A stretch of DNA of 64,000 bases, taken from the NCBI GenBank assembly GCA_958296295.1, contig OY282460.1, positions 3,330,291 to 3,394,290 on the forward strand, in the 5' to 3' direction. The first letter of the stretch is position 1. Each line of letters starts with the position of its first letter. The notes under the pieces were generated by a model that saw only the letters and a list, made by a program, of their open reading frames with translations, was not told where the DNA came from and ran no database searches. Both the position numbers and the translations under genes were made by a program. This document shows, one piece after another, positions 37,380-47,165 of this stretch. This DNA is from an uncultured Pseudomonadales bacterium (GTDB taxonomy: Bacteria > Pseudomonadota > Gammaproteobacteria > Pseudomonadales > Azotimanducaceae).

Positions 37380-37514
37380 CAGCCGATGCACTCTTGTCAC
37401 GAAGCGCGTCTTGTCCACGTTGAGGCTGCCGTCCAAGCGGATGCCGCGGAAATCGGCGCGACCGTAGGGGATCTTGGGAGCGACGGGAGCGACGGTGTTC
37501 AGCGCTTCGGCCAT
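37380..37514 (-). pseudogene. N-terminal stub of a 'predicted AAA-ATPase' (AAA-ATPase_like/PD-(D/E)XK) gene, read through into hicB
   Basis: ..KIPYGRADFRGIRLDGSLNVDKTRFV.. resembles the conserved start of that family. The rest of the gene is missing. Confidence 0.4.
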
Positions 37515-37695
37515 CGCGCCACCCTACTGCCTTGTTCCGCCAAATGCGCTATGGGGATGGGTGATGGCTGGGCAGAAGCGTACTGAGGTGCCGGCCAACC
37601 ATGTGCGCCGGGCGACCCCGAACCCCGAAGTCGATTTGAAAGTCGGTGATGTTCGCCATGCTAAGCTCTCGGCCACTTCTGGGTAGGAGAGAGCC

Positions 37696-38298
37696 GTGCC
37701 GATCTACCGCCTCAACGAGAACCAGCAGCAGCAACTCCTCGAACAAGACGAGTATGGGATGGGCTACCAGCTCGCTGGAAATCTCCGTTACGTGTTCCTC
37801 AACGCCGAGATCGCCATTGATCTCGTCGACGGCGAGCTGAGCGCGGATGTCGAGTGGCTGAACGAGTTCCTGCCCCAAGAAGGTGCCGACCAAGCGATGC
37901 TCGACGGTCTCCCCGGCTACAACGGCGGTCTCGAAGTGGCCAAGCATGGCAGCTATCCATCCAAATCCGTTGCTAACGAGACATTCTGGCGCTATTCGGC
38001 GTTTCGATATGATCGGCGAATCCTAGCCGGCGGATCGGTTCTGCCCGGGACCTACGCGACCACGCAGAACGACTCGACGCTTGTAACCTCCGGCCTTGGT
38101 GCTGTCGGCCGTTACGCTTTGCCCAACCCCCTGTCAGCACGCTTTGCCCGCGTACTCACGCCACCCGCGGGCCAAGCAATGAGATGTGGCAACTCCGCTC
38201 CGAAATTCGGCCAAGCCGGCGGCGGTGTGGAGATACTGTTTACGGGAAGGTTGCCGCCCAAATCCGCACGAAGCGCGACGCCGATTGCCGAGAGATAG
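37696..38298 (+). CDS. Two-domain protein: N-terminal 'GMGYQ' domain + C-terminal TNT-like (NAD+ glycohydrolase toxin-like) domain
   Basis: GTG preceded by AGGAGAG. The C-terminal half (..GTYATT..GAVGRYALPNP..VLTPPAGQAMRCGNSAPKFGQAGGGVEILF) resembles the ..RALPP...G.IAPWFGQPGGG.Q signature I recall for the TNT/DUF4237 family. Unverified. Confidence 0.5.
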   Translation: MPIYRLNENQQQQLLEQDEYGMGYQLAGNLRYVFLNAEIAIDLVDGELSADVEWLNEFLPQEGADQAMLDGLPGYNGGLEVAKHGSYPSKSVANETFWRYSAFRYDRRILAGGSVLPGTYATTQNDSTLVTSGLGAVGRYALPNPLSARFARVLTPPAGQAMRCGNSAPKFGQAGGGVEILFTGRLPPKSARSATPIAER

Positions 38299-38300
38299 AC

Positions 38301-38513
38301 ATGCGTGTTCAACTCAACGAGAAATGGTCGGCTACTCTCTGCGAAATCCCGGAGAACGGGATGGGCTACCAGCGTGTCGACGTTCTGCTCCGCAGCGGGC
38401 GGAAGGTCAGGGACGTGCTGGTCTTCAACGCCGAGGAAATGGAATGGCCCGACGAGAGGCGGATCCAATCGGACGACATTGCCGAAATGGTTCCAAGCGA
38501 TGACTGGGTGTAG
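38301..38513 (+). CDS. Small protein paralogous to the N-terminal domain of the preceding gene
   Basis: ATG 2 nt after the upstream TAG. QLNEK..LCEIPENGMGYQRV...VLVFNAEEM aligns with RLNEN..LLEQDEYGMGYQLA...YVFLNAEIA of 37696-38298. Confidence 0.55.
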   Translation: MRVQLNEKWSATLCEIPENGMGYQRVDVLLRSGRKVRDVLVFNAEEMEWPDERRIQSDDIAEMVPSDDWV

Positions 38514-38922
38514 TTGCATAGGGGAGGGAGCATGGCTGCCGCGGTCAACGATGCTCCGGCGGTGCTCGAAGCCCTGCTCGACGCGGGGGCCAAGCGGGAC
38601 GCCCGCATCGTAGGCGGCCATACGGCTACTGCACCTCGCCGCACGGCTCCTGTTCCCCGACGGCCCGCATGGCTCCGCCCCACACTTTAGCCCGCTCCGA
38701 CCGTGGTGCCCGCCCGCGACCACACCGGTTCGACGCGCGTCTACGAACCGCCCCTCGAACAAAGCCGCATGACCGACCACGGCGATTGCTCACAATTTGT
38801 CGCACACTCGCCTCAACCCTGCTCGGTTGCAATCGGTCGCGATGGTGCTATGGTCTGGTCGTGCCTTTGCCCACCCTCAAGTTGCCGGCCGCCGTGGCGG
38901 CTCTCGTTGTCAAGGGAAGACG

Positions 38923-40833
38923 ATGAGCAGCGGCCAGACGCTCCACGGGGCGCCGTGGCATCTCGCCGGCGAATATCCAAGCCCGGCTTCAGCGCAGGTG
39001 AAGGGCGATCTGGCGGCGGTGGATCGTCTGCTCGGCGCGGTGGAGCGGCGCAACGAAACCCTCGAGCCGTTGCTCGCCACAGCCACTGCGCCGGCTTCGA
39101 CTGTCAACGCCGCGGCCAGCGCGATCGCCGAGGCGCGGGCGATATTCGGCCTGCTCGAACAGGCGGAAAAGCCGCTGCAAGACCTCGACACCTACGCGGA
39201 CTGCCTGCTTAGCGGCGACAGCCAGGATCGCGACGCGCAGGCGTTGCTTGGGCGTCTGCAATCCGTACACAAGCGCTTCGCCGAAGCGGGCGAGCCGCTG
39301 TCGCAGTTCTTGGATCGGGCGCCGCAGGCGGTGGTGGACGGCTATTTGGCGCACCCGGGCACCGAGCCCTCGCGTTTCCAAGTGGCGCATTCGCGCAAGC
39401 GCCGGCATGAAGTGCTGCCGCTCGCGCAGGAGACCTTGACGGCGGCCCTCGCCCAAGACGGCATTCACGCTTGGGGCCGGTTGTACGACCAGCTGGCCGG
39501 CTCCTTGGCTTGCGACGTCACGGTGAATGGCGAAGAGCGCCGGATGGGGCTTGCCGCGGCCAGCGCCTTGATGCTGAGAGCGGACGATCAGCTACGGGAG
39601 AACGCTTGGCGGGCGATGAACGGCGCATGGGCGCAGCATGAAGACTCCTGCGCCGCCGCCATCAACGCCATCGCCGGCTGGCGCTTGGAGATGTGCCGCC
39701 GGCGCAGCCGTCAAACACAGGCCGCCGGCCGGCGCGACGTTCACTTTCTGGACGCCGCTGTGCATGCCAACCGCATCGAGCGGGCCACGTTGGATACGGT
39801 GCTCGGCATTGCCGAGGAAGGTCGCGCCTTGGCGCGTCGGGCGGCGCGGCTGCAAGCCAAGGCCTATGGCAAGGCGCGCTACGGCCCGTGGGATCTGCGG
39901 GCGCCGGCCCCGGCGGCGGGGGAGGCCGAAGAGGGTATCGCCTACCGACAAGCCGTGGAGCTGATCGCCGAAGCCTACGGCGAGGTGCATCCGCGCATGG
40001 GCGATTTCGTGCGGATGATGGCGAAGAACCGCTGGATCGAAGGCACGTGGGGCGACAACAAGCGGCCGGGCGCCTACTGCACCAGGTTTCGCAAGTCGCG
40101 CACTCCGCGCGTGTACATGACCTACGCCGGCGGCACCTCGGACGTCATCATCCTCGCCCACGAGCTGGGCCACGCCTTCCACGCTTGGACGATGCGCGAC
40201 CTGCCGGAGTGTCAAAGCCGCTACGGAATGTCCATCGCCGAGACGGCCAGCACCTTCGGCGAAGCCACCGTGCGGGCGGCGCTGCTGCAACGAGCCAAGA
40301 CGCCGGCCGAGCGCCTCGGCATCGCCTGGGAGGAGGCGGCTGCGCTTACATCCTTCCTGCTCAACATTCCCGCGCGCTTCGAGTTCGAACGCAATTTCTA
40401 CGAGGCGCGCGCCGCGCGGCCGCAACGCCCGGACGAGCTCAAGGCTTTGATGAGCGCCGCTTGGCGGAAGTGGTACGGCGATTCGCTGGCCGAGCCCGAT
40501 CCGCTGTTTTGGGCGAGCAAGCTGCACTTCTACATATCGGGTTTGAGCTTCTACAACTTCCCGTACCTGTTCGGCTACCTGTTCAGCTTGGGTGTGGACG
40601 CGCGGCGCGAAGCCTTGGGCGATGCGTTCTTCCCGCGCTACGAGGCGCTGCTGCTGGATACCGGGCGCATGACGGCTGAAGAGCTGGCCGCCAAGCATCT
40701 GCAGGCGGATCTGACACGCCCGGAGTTCTGGCGCGGCACGCTGGAGCGTTTGGCGGAGCGGGTCGATCACTTCGAGATGCTGGTCGAGAAAGCGGCGATG
40801 GCAGAGCGAACAGCGGCGGAGGCGCGAGGGTGA
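38923..40833 (+). CDS. M3-family oligoendopeptidase (PepF-like)
   Basis: Zinc motif ILAHELGHAFH with a downstream E in ..SIAETASTFGE. ATG at 38923 follows AAGGGAAG. About 636 aa. Confidence 0.85.
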   Translation: MSSGQTLHGAPWHLAGEYPSPASAQVKGDLAAVDRLLGAVERRNETLEPLLATATAPASTVNAAASAIAEARAIFGLLEQAEKPLQDLDTYADCLLSGDSQDRDAQALLGRLQSVHKRFAEAGEPLSQFLDRAPQAVVDGYLAHPGTEPSRFQVAHSRKRRHEVLPLAQETLTAALAQDGIHAWGRLYDQLAGSLACDVTVNGEERRMGLAAASALMLRADDQLRENAWRAMNGAWAQHEDSCAAAINAIAGWRLEMCRRRSRQTQAAGRRDVHFLDAAVHANRIERATLDTVLGIAEEGRALARRAARLQAKAYGKARYGPWDLRAPAPAAGEAEEGIAYRQAVELIAEAYGEVHPRMGDFVRMMAKNRWIEGTWGDNKRPGAYCTRFRKSRTPRVYMTYAGGTSDVIILAHELGHAFHAWTMRDLPECQSRYGMSIAETASTFGEATVRAALLQRAKTPAERLGIAWEEAAALTSFLLNIPARFEFERNFYEARAARPQRPDELKALMSAAWRKWYGDSLAEPDPLFWASKLHFYISGLSFYNFPYLFGYLFSLGVDARREALGDAFFPRYEALLLDTGRMTAEELAAKHLQADLTRPEFWRGTLERLAERVDHFEMLVEKAAMAERTAAEARG

Positions 40834-43373
40834 TCTCGCGGCTCGGCGCGACGCTGCTGTGCGTGGCTTGTTGCCTGCCGGCCGGGGCCGCCGAGGACTA
40901 TCTATCCCCGGAACTGCGGGGCCGGGTGGAGGCGCTCAAAGCCGACATCCAACGGTTGCCGAGCACCCGCGCCAACGCCCGCGCCCGGGCCGCGGTTTTT
41001 TGGGAGTGGGTGAACGCCTACGCGCTGGCTGGCCGCTATGTGCCGGTGAACGCAACGGCGGTGGCCTCCGGCGTGCTGGCGTATCCGAATCGCGCCGGCC
41101 GCATCGCCCGGCTGGACCAGGCGGTGCGCGAGCTGGCCATGCTCGACGACGAACCGAACGCCGTCGGCCCGTTGCGGGCGGACGAGGGGCCGTTCGAGGT
41201 GCGCAGCCACGCCACGATTCGGCAAACGTACACGGTCGGCACCAAGGACATCGAGCCGGGCGGCGGCTTCGTGATCGCGCGCCACTTCATGACTGGCATC
41301 GCCTACCAGACCGATGACGAGGCGGCGGACAACTACGTTTCCATCGCCTCGTCCAACGCCTCCGTGCGGTTCTCGCGATCGGAAATCCCCATGGCCGGGA
41401 TGCACGGCGGCTTCCGCAGCGCCACAAGCGCGCTGGTGTTTCGCGTCACTTCCGGTCGGCTGACCGCCGGCGAGACGGTGACCATCACCTACGGCGACAG
41501 CAGCGCCGGCGGGCGCGGTCTGCTGATGCCGAGTTTCGCGACCGACCGATTGCCACTGCCTCTCTACATTGATTTCGACGGCACCGGCTTGCCCGTGAGC
41601 GTGCCCATCCAACCCATCCTGGTCGTCGGCGGCGAGGTGGCGGGCGTGGACGGCTTCGCGCCTTCCGTGGTGGCGACTGGCGAGCCGTTCACCGTGGCGG
41701 TGCGGGCCCGGGACCGCTTCTACAACCGGGCGACCGGTCCGATTCCCGGGTGGCAAGTGTTCGCCGGCGACATGCGGATTGGCGAGATTCCGGCCGGCGA
41801 GGCGCCGATCGCCACCTTGACGCAAGTGCGCTTCGACGCTCCAGGCGTGTACCGCCTCGCCATCCGATCGCCAGACGGCGCGTTCGCCGGGGTCGCCAAT
41901 CCCGTTCTTGTGGAGGACGCGCCGGCGCGCCGCGTCTATTGGGGCGACACCCACGGCCATTCCGGTTTCGCCGAAGGCGTTGGCACCGCGGAGCGCTTCA
42001 TGACGTGGGCGCGGGACGACGCGCGCCTGGACTACGTGACGCATTCCGAGCACGACATCTGGATGGACGATTTGGAATGGGGCGCGCTCGCCGCCAACGC
42101 CCGCCGCTTCTCCCGCGAAGGCCAGTTCATCGCCTTTCTCGGCTACGAGTGGACGGTGCAGAACGTCCAGGGCGGCCACCACAACGTGCTTTTCCGCACA
42201 GCCGAAGATCGCCGCCGCATCCCGGCGCAGGAGTTCGGCACGCTCTCGCGCCTCTACCAAGGCTTGCGCGCCCACCACGACCCCAACGACGTGGTGGTGA
42301 TTCCCCACGCCCACCAAGCCGGCGACTACCGTTCGAGCGATCCGGAGCTGGCGCCGGTGGTGGAGATCATGTCCCAACACGGCACCTTCGAGTGGTTTGG
42401 ACGCCGCTACCTCGATCAGGGCCATCAGGTGGGCTTCGTGGCCGCCAGCGATAACCATCTGAGCCAGCCGGGATTCAGCGCACCGCAAGGGGGTTCGCTG
42501 TCGCAACGCGGTGGTTTGGGGGCGCTGCGCGCCACTTCGGGCAACCGCGACGCGCTGTTCGACGCCCTGCGCCGCCGCGCCACCTACGCCACCACCGGCG
42601 ACCGGATGATCCTGGACTTCACGGTCAACGACACCGGGATGGGCGCCCGCGCGCCGTTCGCGCCCGAGCGGCGCATCGCCGGCCGCGTGGTCGGCACCGC
42701 GCCCATCGACAACATCGTGTTGGTGAAAAACGGCGTGGAAATCCGGCGCAAGGACTATCTGACGGATGCCGCGGACCGCGGCGTTCTCGATGGCGAGTAC
42801 CTGCTGGTGTTCGCTTCGGATTCCACGCCCTTCCACCCCGGCGACAACCCGCGCGGCTGGCGCTGGTGGTGGGGCGAGTTGACGGTGCGAGACGCCATCG
42901 TGCGGGCCGCCGAAGGCATGGATTTCCACCTCGACCATCTGCATTCGCTGGACGTGACGGACGGCACGAGCGTCGCTCTGCGCACCTACACCCGCGGCGG
43001 CACCAGCGGCATCCGGCTAGCGCTCAGCGATGTGCGGCGCACCGCCGCCCTCACGTTGCGCTTGCGCGAAGGGCGCGAGTTCGGCGGCGGACCACCCCGC
43101 TTCCGCACGCACCAGACCGTGCCGGCAGTGGAAGTGACGCTGGAGTTGCGCCTGCTGGAAAACGGCCGGCTGCAACGCGAGGTGCCCTTCGACGGCTATG
43201 TGGACAGCGTGACGCTCCGCCGCGTTGTCACCGAAGGCGAGCGCGACGTTTCCTTCGCGTTCGACGACAACGGCACGCGGCAAGGCGACTACTACTTCGT
43301 GCGCGTGAAGCAGGCCAACGACGCCATCGCCTGGTCCAGCCCGATCTGGGTGGGCGGTTTTCCGCCGCGGTGA
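40830..43373 (+). CDS. DUF3604-domain protein (PHP-like metal-dependent hydrolase fold), secreted
   Basis: GTGA overlap with pepF-like gene, N-terminal signal-like segment. ..RVYWGDTHGHSGFAEGVG..DYVTHSEHD.. is characteristic of DUF3604. Confidence 0.7.
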   Translation: MISRLGATLLCVACCLPAGAAEDYLSPELRGRVEALKADIQRLPSTRANARARAAVFWEWVNAYALAGRYVPVNATAVASGVLAYPNRAGRIARLDQAVRELAMLDDEPNAVGPLRADEGPFEVRSHATIRQTYTVGTKDIEPGGGFVIARHFMTGIAYQTDDEAADNYVSIASSNASVRFSRSEIPMAGMHGGFRSATSALVFRVTSGRLTAGETVTITYGDSSAGGRGLLMPSFATDRLPLPLYIDFDGTGLPVSVPIQPILVVGGEVAGVDGFAPSVVATGEPFTVAVRARDRFYNRATGPIPGWQVFAGDMRIGEIPAGEAPIATLTQVRFDAPGVYRLAIRSPDGAFAGVANPVLVEDAPARRVYWGDTHGHSGFAEGVGTAERFMTWARDDARLDYVTHSEHDIWMDDLEWGALAANARRFSREGQFIAFLGYEWTVQNVQGGHHNVLFRTAEDRRRIPAQEFGTLSRLYQGLRAHHDPNDVVVIPHAHQAGDYRSSDPELAPVVEIMSQHGTFEWFGRRYLDQGHQVGFVAASDNHLSQPGFSAPQGGSLSQRGGLGALRATSGNRDALFDALRRRATYATTGDRMILDFTVNDTGMGARAPFAPERRIAGRVVGTAPIDNIVLVKNGVEIRRKDYLTDAADRGVLDGEYLLVFASDSTPFHPGDNPRGWRWWWGELTVRDAIVRAAEGMDFHLDHLHSLDVTDGTSVALRTYTRGGTSGIRLALSDVRRTAALTLRLREGREFGGGPPRFRTHQTVPAVEVTLELRLLENGRLQREVPFDGYVDSVTLRRVVTEGERDVSFAFDDNGTRQGDYYFVRVKQANDAIAWSSPIWVGGFPPR

Positions 43374-43423
43374 GTTGGCCGCGGCCCGGTTGCGGTCGCA
43401 ACTCCCGTTGCGGTTGGCGCCGG

Positions 43424-45016
43424 CTAGGGGTCTTCGTGTTCGCTGGTCGCGTGGAAGCGGATGCGCGGCCAGCGCTCTTCCGCGAGCGCCAAATTGGCCC
43501 GCGTCGGGGCGAGGTAGGCGAGGCGTCCGGCACCGTCCCGGGCAAGCCGAGCGTCATTGGCGCGGGCGAACTCCGCCACCGCTGACGGCGCCCCGGCCAC
43601 CCACCGCGCGGTGTGCAATTTCGCCGGCTCGAACACGCAATCGGCGCCGTACTCGTTGGCCAGGCGGAACGCGGTCATGTCGAATTGCAACGGCCCGACC
43701 GCGCCAATCACCACGTTGTTGCTTGCGAGAGGAAAGAACACCTGCGCCGCGCCTTCCTCCGCGAGCTGCCCAAGCCCCTTGGCCAGCTGTTTGGACTTGA
43801 GGGGATCTTTCGCTCGCACGCGCTGAAACAGCTCCGGCGCGAAATTCGGAACGCCGCGGAAGCGCAAGTCCTCGCCCTCGGTGAACGTGTCCGCGATTTG
43901 GATGGCGCCGTGGTTCGGCAGACCGATGATGTCTCCGGCGAACGCCTCCTCGGCCCGGGCGCGGTCGCCGGCCAGGAAGGTGAGCGCGTCCGTGATCTTG
44001 ACGACGCGCCCCAGACGCACATGGCGCAGCCGCATTCCCGGCCGATAGCGCCCGGAACAGACGCGCAGGAAGGCCACGCGGTCCCGGTGGCGACGGTCCA
44101 TGTTCGCTTGGATCTTGAACACGAAGCCGGAAAACGACTCCTCCTCGGCGTTGACGACGCGGCTCGTCGTGGCGCGCGCCCCCGGCACCGGTGCTTCGTC
44201 CACCAGATGATCGAGGCATTCGCGCACGCCGAAGTTGCCGAGCGCCGTGCCGAAGAACACCGGCGAGCGCTTGCCGGCCAGAAAGGCCCGCCGGTCTTGG
44301 GGGTGGCTTGCGCCGCGCACCAGTTCCACCTCGTCCGCCAACACGGTGTGCTCCCTGCCCAGCCAACAGCGCGCCGCAGCGCTGGCGAGGCCGTCCACGG
44401 TGGCGAACTCGCGCACGCGGTCGCGGCGCCCGGGTTCGTAGCGCGTGAACCGATCCCGCTCCAGTTCGTAAACCCCGCGAAAGTTTCGCCCGGCCCCCAC
44501 GGGCCAGTTCACCGGCGCGCACTCCATGCCCAGCACGGCCTCGATCTCGTCCAGCAAGTCCACCGGGTCGCGGGCTTCCCGGTCCAGCTTGTTGATGAAG
44601 GTGATGATGGGCGTGGCGCGCATGCGGCACACTTTCATAAGCGCGATGGTGCGCGGCTCCACGCCCTTGGCCGCGTCTATCACCATGAGCGCCGAATCCA
44701 CCGCGGTGAGGGTGCGGTAGGTGTCTTCGGAGAAGTCGGCGTGGCCGGGCGTGTCGAGCAGGTTCAGCACATGCCCGCGGTAGTCGAAGCGCATCACCGA
44801 GGTGGTCACCGAGATGCCGCGCGCCTTCTCCATCGCCATCCAATCCGAGGTGGCGTGACGGGCCGCCTTGCGGGCCCGCACGGCACCCGCCAGCGCGATG
44901 GCGTTGCCGTGCAGCAGAAGCTGCTCCGTCAGCGTCGTCTTGCCGGCGTCCGGATGCGAGACGATGGCGAACGTGCGCCGCCGCCGCGCCGCGGCGGCGC
45001 TGGCGCCGGCTGTCAA
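43424..45016 (-). CDS. prfC: Peptide chain release factor 3
   Basis: ..[66 protein letters not shown]... There is no in-frame ATG upstream, so the TTG at 45016 is proposed, giving ~531 aa. Confidence 0.9.
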   Translation of the reverse strand: MTAGASAAAARRRRTFAIVSHPDAGKTTLTEQLLLHGNAIALAGAVRARKAARHATSDWMAMEKARGISVTTSVMRFDYRGHVLNLLDTPGHADFSEDTYRTLTAVDSALMVIDAAKGVEPRTIALMKVCRMRATPIITFINKLDREARDPVDLLDEIEAVLGMECAPVNWPVGAGRNFRGVYELERDRFTRYEPGRRDRVREFATVDGLASAAARCWLGREHTVLADEVELVRGASHPQDRRAFLAGKRSPVFFGTALGNFGVRECLDHLVDEAPVPGARATTSRVVNAEEESFSGFVFKIQANMDRRHRDRVAFLRVCSGRYRPGMRLRHVRLGRVVKITDALTFLAGDRARAEEAFAGDIIGLPNHGAIQIADTFTEGEDLRFRGVPNFAPELFQRVRAKDPLKSKQLAKGLGQLAEEGAAQVFFPLASNNVVIGAVGPLQFDMTAFRLANEYGADCVFEPAKLHTARWVAGAPSAVAEFARANDARLARDGAGRLAYLAPTRANLALAEERWPRIRFHATSEHEDP

Positions 45017-45045
45017 GGCCGGGTGGGGCCGCGCGGCATCGCGCG

Positions 45046-46347
45046 CTAGGCCGGGCTTGGCGGTGCGCGAACGCCCAACCGCCGCAAGGTGTGCTGCAAC
45101 GTCGGCTTGCCGGTCTGTATGCGGTCGTCGTTCAAGAGGTAGGTGAACACGTAGCCGAGGCCGAGCACGAAGATGCCCACGAGGAAGCAGTAGATCACCG
45201 CTCGATCCGGGTACTGATCCTTCAAGTGGCCGACGTACAGCGGGCCGAAGATGCCGGCGGCGGCCCAAGCGGTAAGCACGGCGCCGTAGATGATGGACAT
45301 GCGCTTCGCCCCGAACACGTCGAGCACGAACGACGGCATGGTGGCGAAGCCGCCGCCGAAGCAGAGCAGCACATAGCACACCAGCGCCGAGAAGATCCAC
45401 GGATCCCGCTCCGTCATGAGGATGCCGAACACCAGCATCTGGCTGGCGAGCAGTATGCGGAACACGCGCACGCGACCGATGCGGTCTGAAAGCAGGCCCC
45501 ACAGCAGACGCCCAAGGCCGTTGCAGAGCGAACTGATGGCGATGAGCGTGGCGCCGTATTCCGCCAGCGTCTCGGGTTCCATGGACGGATCCGCCAAGCC
45601 CCAGACGTCCTGCAAGAGCGGGGATTGGAAGCTGATGACGGAAATGCCGGCCGCGATGTTGAAGAAGAACACCATCCACATCACCACGAACTCGCGGCTG
45701 CTCAGGTAGACGCCGAGCGGCGCGTCCGGCTCGGCGACGACGCTGCCGGCCGCGGGGGCGAAATCCGCCGGCGGATCCCGCAAGAGCAGGCTCGATGGAA
45801 CCAGAATGCAGGCGAACACCACGCCCAACGAGAGGAACACCATCGGCAGATCGCTTTCGGTCTGCCAAACGAGCACCGGCGCGAGCACTTTGCTGAGCAG
45901 GAACGCGCCGACCCCGAAACCCATCACCACGATGCCGGTGGCAAGCCCCTTGCGGTCCGGAAACCACTTGGCCACCGTGGCCACCGGCGTCACGTAGCCA
46001 AGGCCGATGCCGGCGCCGCCGATGACGCCGTAGCCGAGGTAGAACAACCACAACCAATCCAGCTGCAGCGCGAAACCGGCGATGAGGTAGCCGCCGGCGA
46101 ACATGAGACTGCCCAACAGGGCGAGGCGTCGCGGCCCGAGCCGCGGCAGCGCCGCGCCGGCCCAGGCGGCGGAAGTGCCGAGGGCGAATATCGTGATGCT
46201 GAACGCCCAGGCCGTCTCGGTGAACGTCCACCCCATCTGCCGCACCAGCAGGGTCTGGAAGAAGCTCCACGCATAGACCGTGCCGAAGCAGATCTGCAGC
46301 GCCGTGCAGAGCGCCGCGGTGACGACCCGCGGCACTTGCGGAATCAC
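45046..46347 (-). CDS. MFS transporter, oxalate/formate antiporter (OFA)-like
   Basis: GTG at 46347 in a GTGA overlap with the upstream gene. ..[74 protein letters not shown].. is the OFA-family pattern. 12 TM segments. Confidence 0.8.
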   Translation of the reverse strand: MIPQVPRVVTAALCTALQICFGTVYAWSFFQTLLVRQMGWTFTETAWAFSITIFALGTSAAWAGAALPRLGPRRLALLGSLMFAGGYLIAGFALQLDWLWLFYLGYGVIGGAGIGLGYVTPVATVAKWFPDRKGLATGIVVMGFGVGAFLLSKVLAPVLVWQTESDLPMVFLSLGVVFACILVPSSLLLRDPPADFAPAAGSVVAEPDAPLGVYLSSREFVVMWMVFFFNIAAGISVISFQSPLLQDVWGLADPSMEPETLAEYGATLIAISSLCNGLGRLLWGLLSDRIGRVRVFRILLASQMLVFGILMTERDPWIFSALVCYVLLCFGGGFATMPSFVLDVFGAKRMSIIYGAVLTAWAAAGIFGPLYVGHLKDQYPDRAVIYCFLVGIFVLGLGYVFTYLLNDDRIQTGKPTLQHTLRRLGVRAPPSPA

Positions 46348-47099
46348 GACGGGGCCTTGTCTTGCGGCGAAGCGTCCGGGGCGGCGTCGCCGCGCTCGCT
46401 CGCCGGCCGGGCGAAGAACTGGAACAACCGCGCCAAGTCCCCGGCTTCGTCCTTGCGCGCCAGCACTTCTTCGCCGCTCGCCACGGGTTGCGTGGTGGAA
46501 CCCGCCAGCGTGGCGGCGTAGGCGAGCACTTGGCCGATGGGGTTGGCGGCGAGGTTGACGAACCAGATGGCGGCGCCGACGCCGATGATGAACGCCACGC
46601 CGATGAGCCACGCCTGCTGGCCGATGGCGCGTTGGATCTTCAGGTTGATGAGGCCGCGATCCATTCCCACATGCACCGTGCCGGCGACGCCGGCGAGAAT
46701 GGGGCTGCCCACCTCCACGCAGTCGCCGATGCCGGGCAGGCTGCGATTCACCGTTTCCGTGTTCTGCGGATCCCCCGCCAGGATCTCTTCCGGGATGCCG
46801 GGCACGAAGGTGTGCGCCATGTATTCGCCGCTTTCGTTCGTGATGTAGATGTACTTGATGCCCTGAATGCCGAGGAACTGGTCGATGAGCGACTGCAAGG
46901 TGGCCAAGTCGCGGTTCAGCAGGATGTCCACGCTGGAGTCGGCGATGGTCTTGGCGATGTTTTGGCTGTTGCTGATGTATTCGTCCGAAAGGTGGTCGTT
47001 CACCGTGCGAACCGCGAGGATGGAGGTGGACAAGCCGATCAGCCCGAACACCGCGATGATGCCGAACAGGGTTTTCTGGAAAAGCCTCTTGATCTTCAC
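46344..47099 (-). CDS. Membrane sensor-like protein: TM - periplasmic domain - TM - HAMP, with no output domain
   Basis: N-terminal TM ([13 protein letters not shown]), ~150-aa extracytoplasmic domain (..[40 protein letters not shown]), second TM, HAMP-like ..[18 protein letters not shown]... The ORF ends ~30 aa later. Confidence 0.6.
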   Translation of the reverse strand: MKIKRLFQKTLFGIIAVFGLIGLSTSILAVRTVNDHLSDEYISNSQNIAKTIADSSVDILLNRDLATLQSLIDQFLGIQGIKYIYITNESGEYMAHTFVPGIPEEILAGDPQNTETVNRSLPGIGDCVEVGSPILAGVAGTVHVGMDRGLINLKIQRAIGQQAWLIGVAFIIGVGAAIWFVNLAANPIGQVLAYAATLAGSTTQPVASGEEVLARKDEAGDLARLFQFFARPASERGDAAPDASPQDKAPS

Positions 47100-47165
47100 T
47101 CGCTCGCTCTCGCTTGGTTCGCCGATTTGGGCTGCTCGGCCTGCTTGGAGTTCCTTGGCGCCTGT

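Noticed and set aside
37549-37947. 132-aa minus-strand ORF overlapping the start of the TNT-like gene.
   Set aside because: The plus-strand ORF has a strong SD and recognisable domain similarity to its neighbour. The minus-strand ORF has neither.
43424-46270. 948-aa ORF extending prfC far upstream.
   Set aside because: RF3 homology begins only ~12 codons before the [17 protein letters not shown] motif. The upstream part overlaps the MFS gene in another frame. A TTG at 45016 gives a normal RF3 length.
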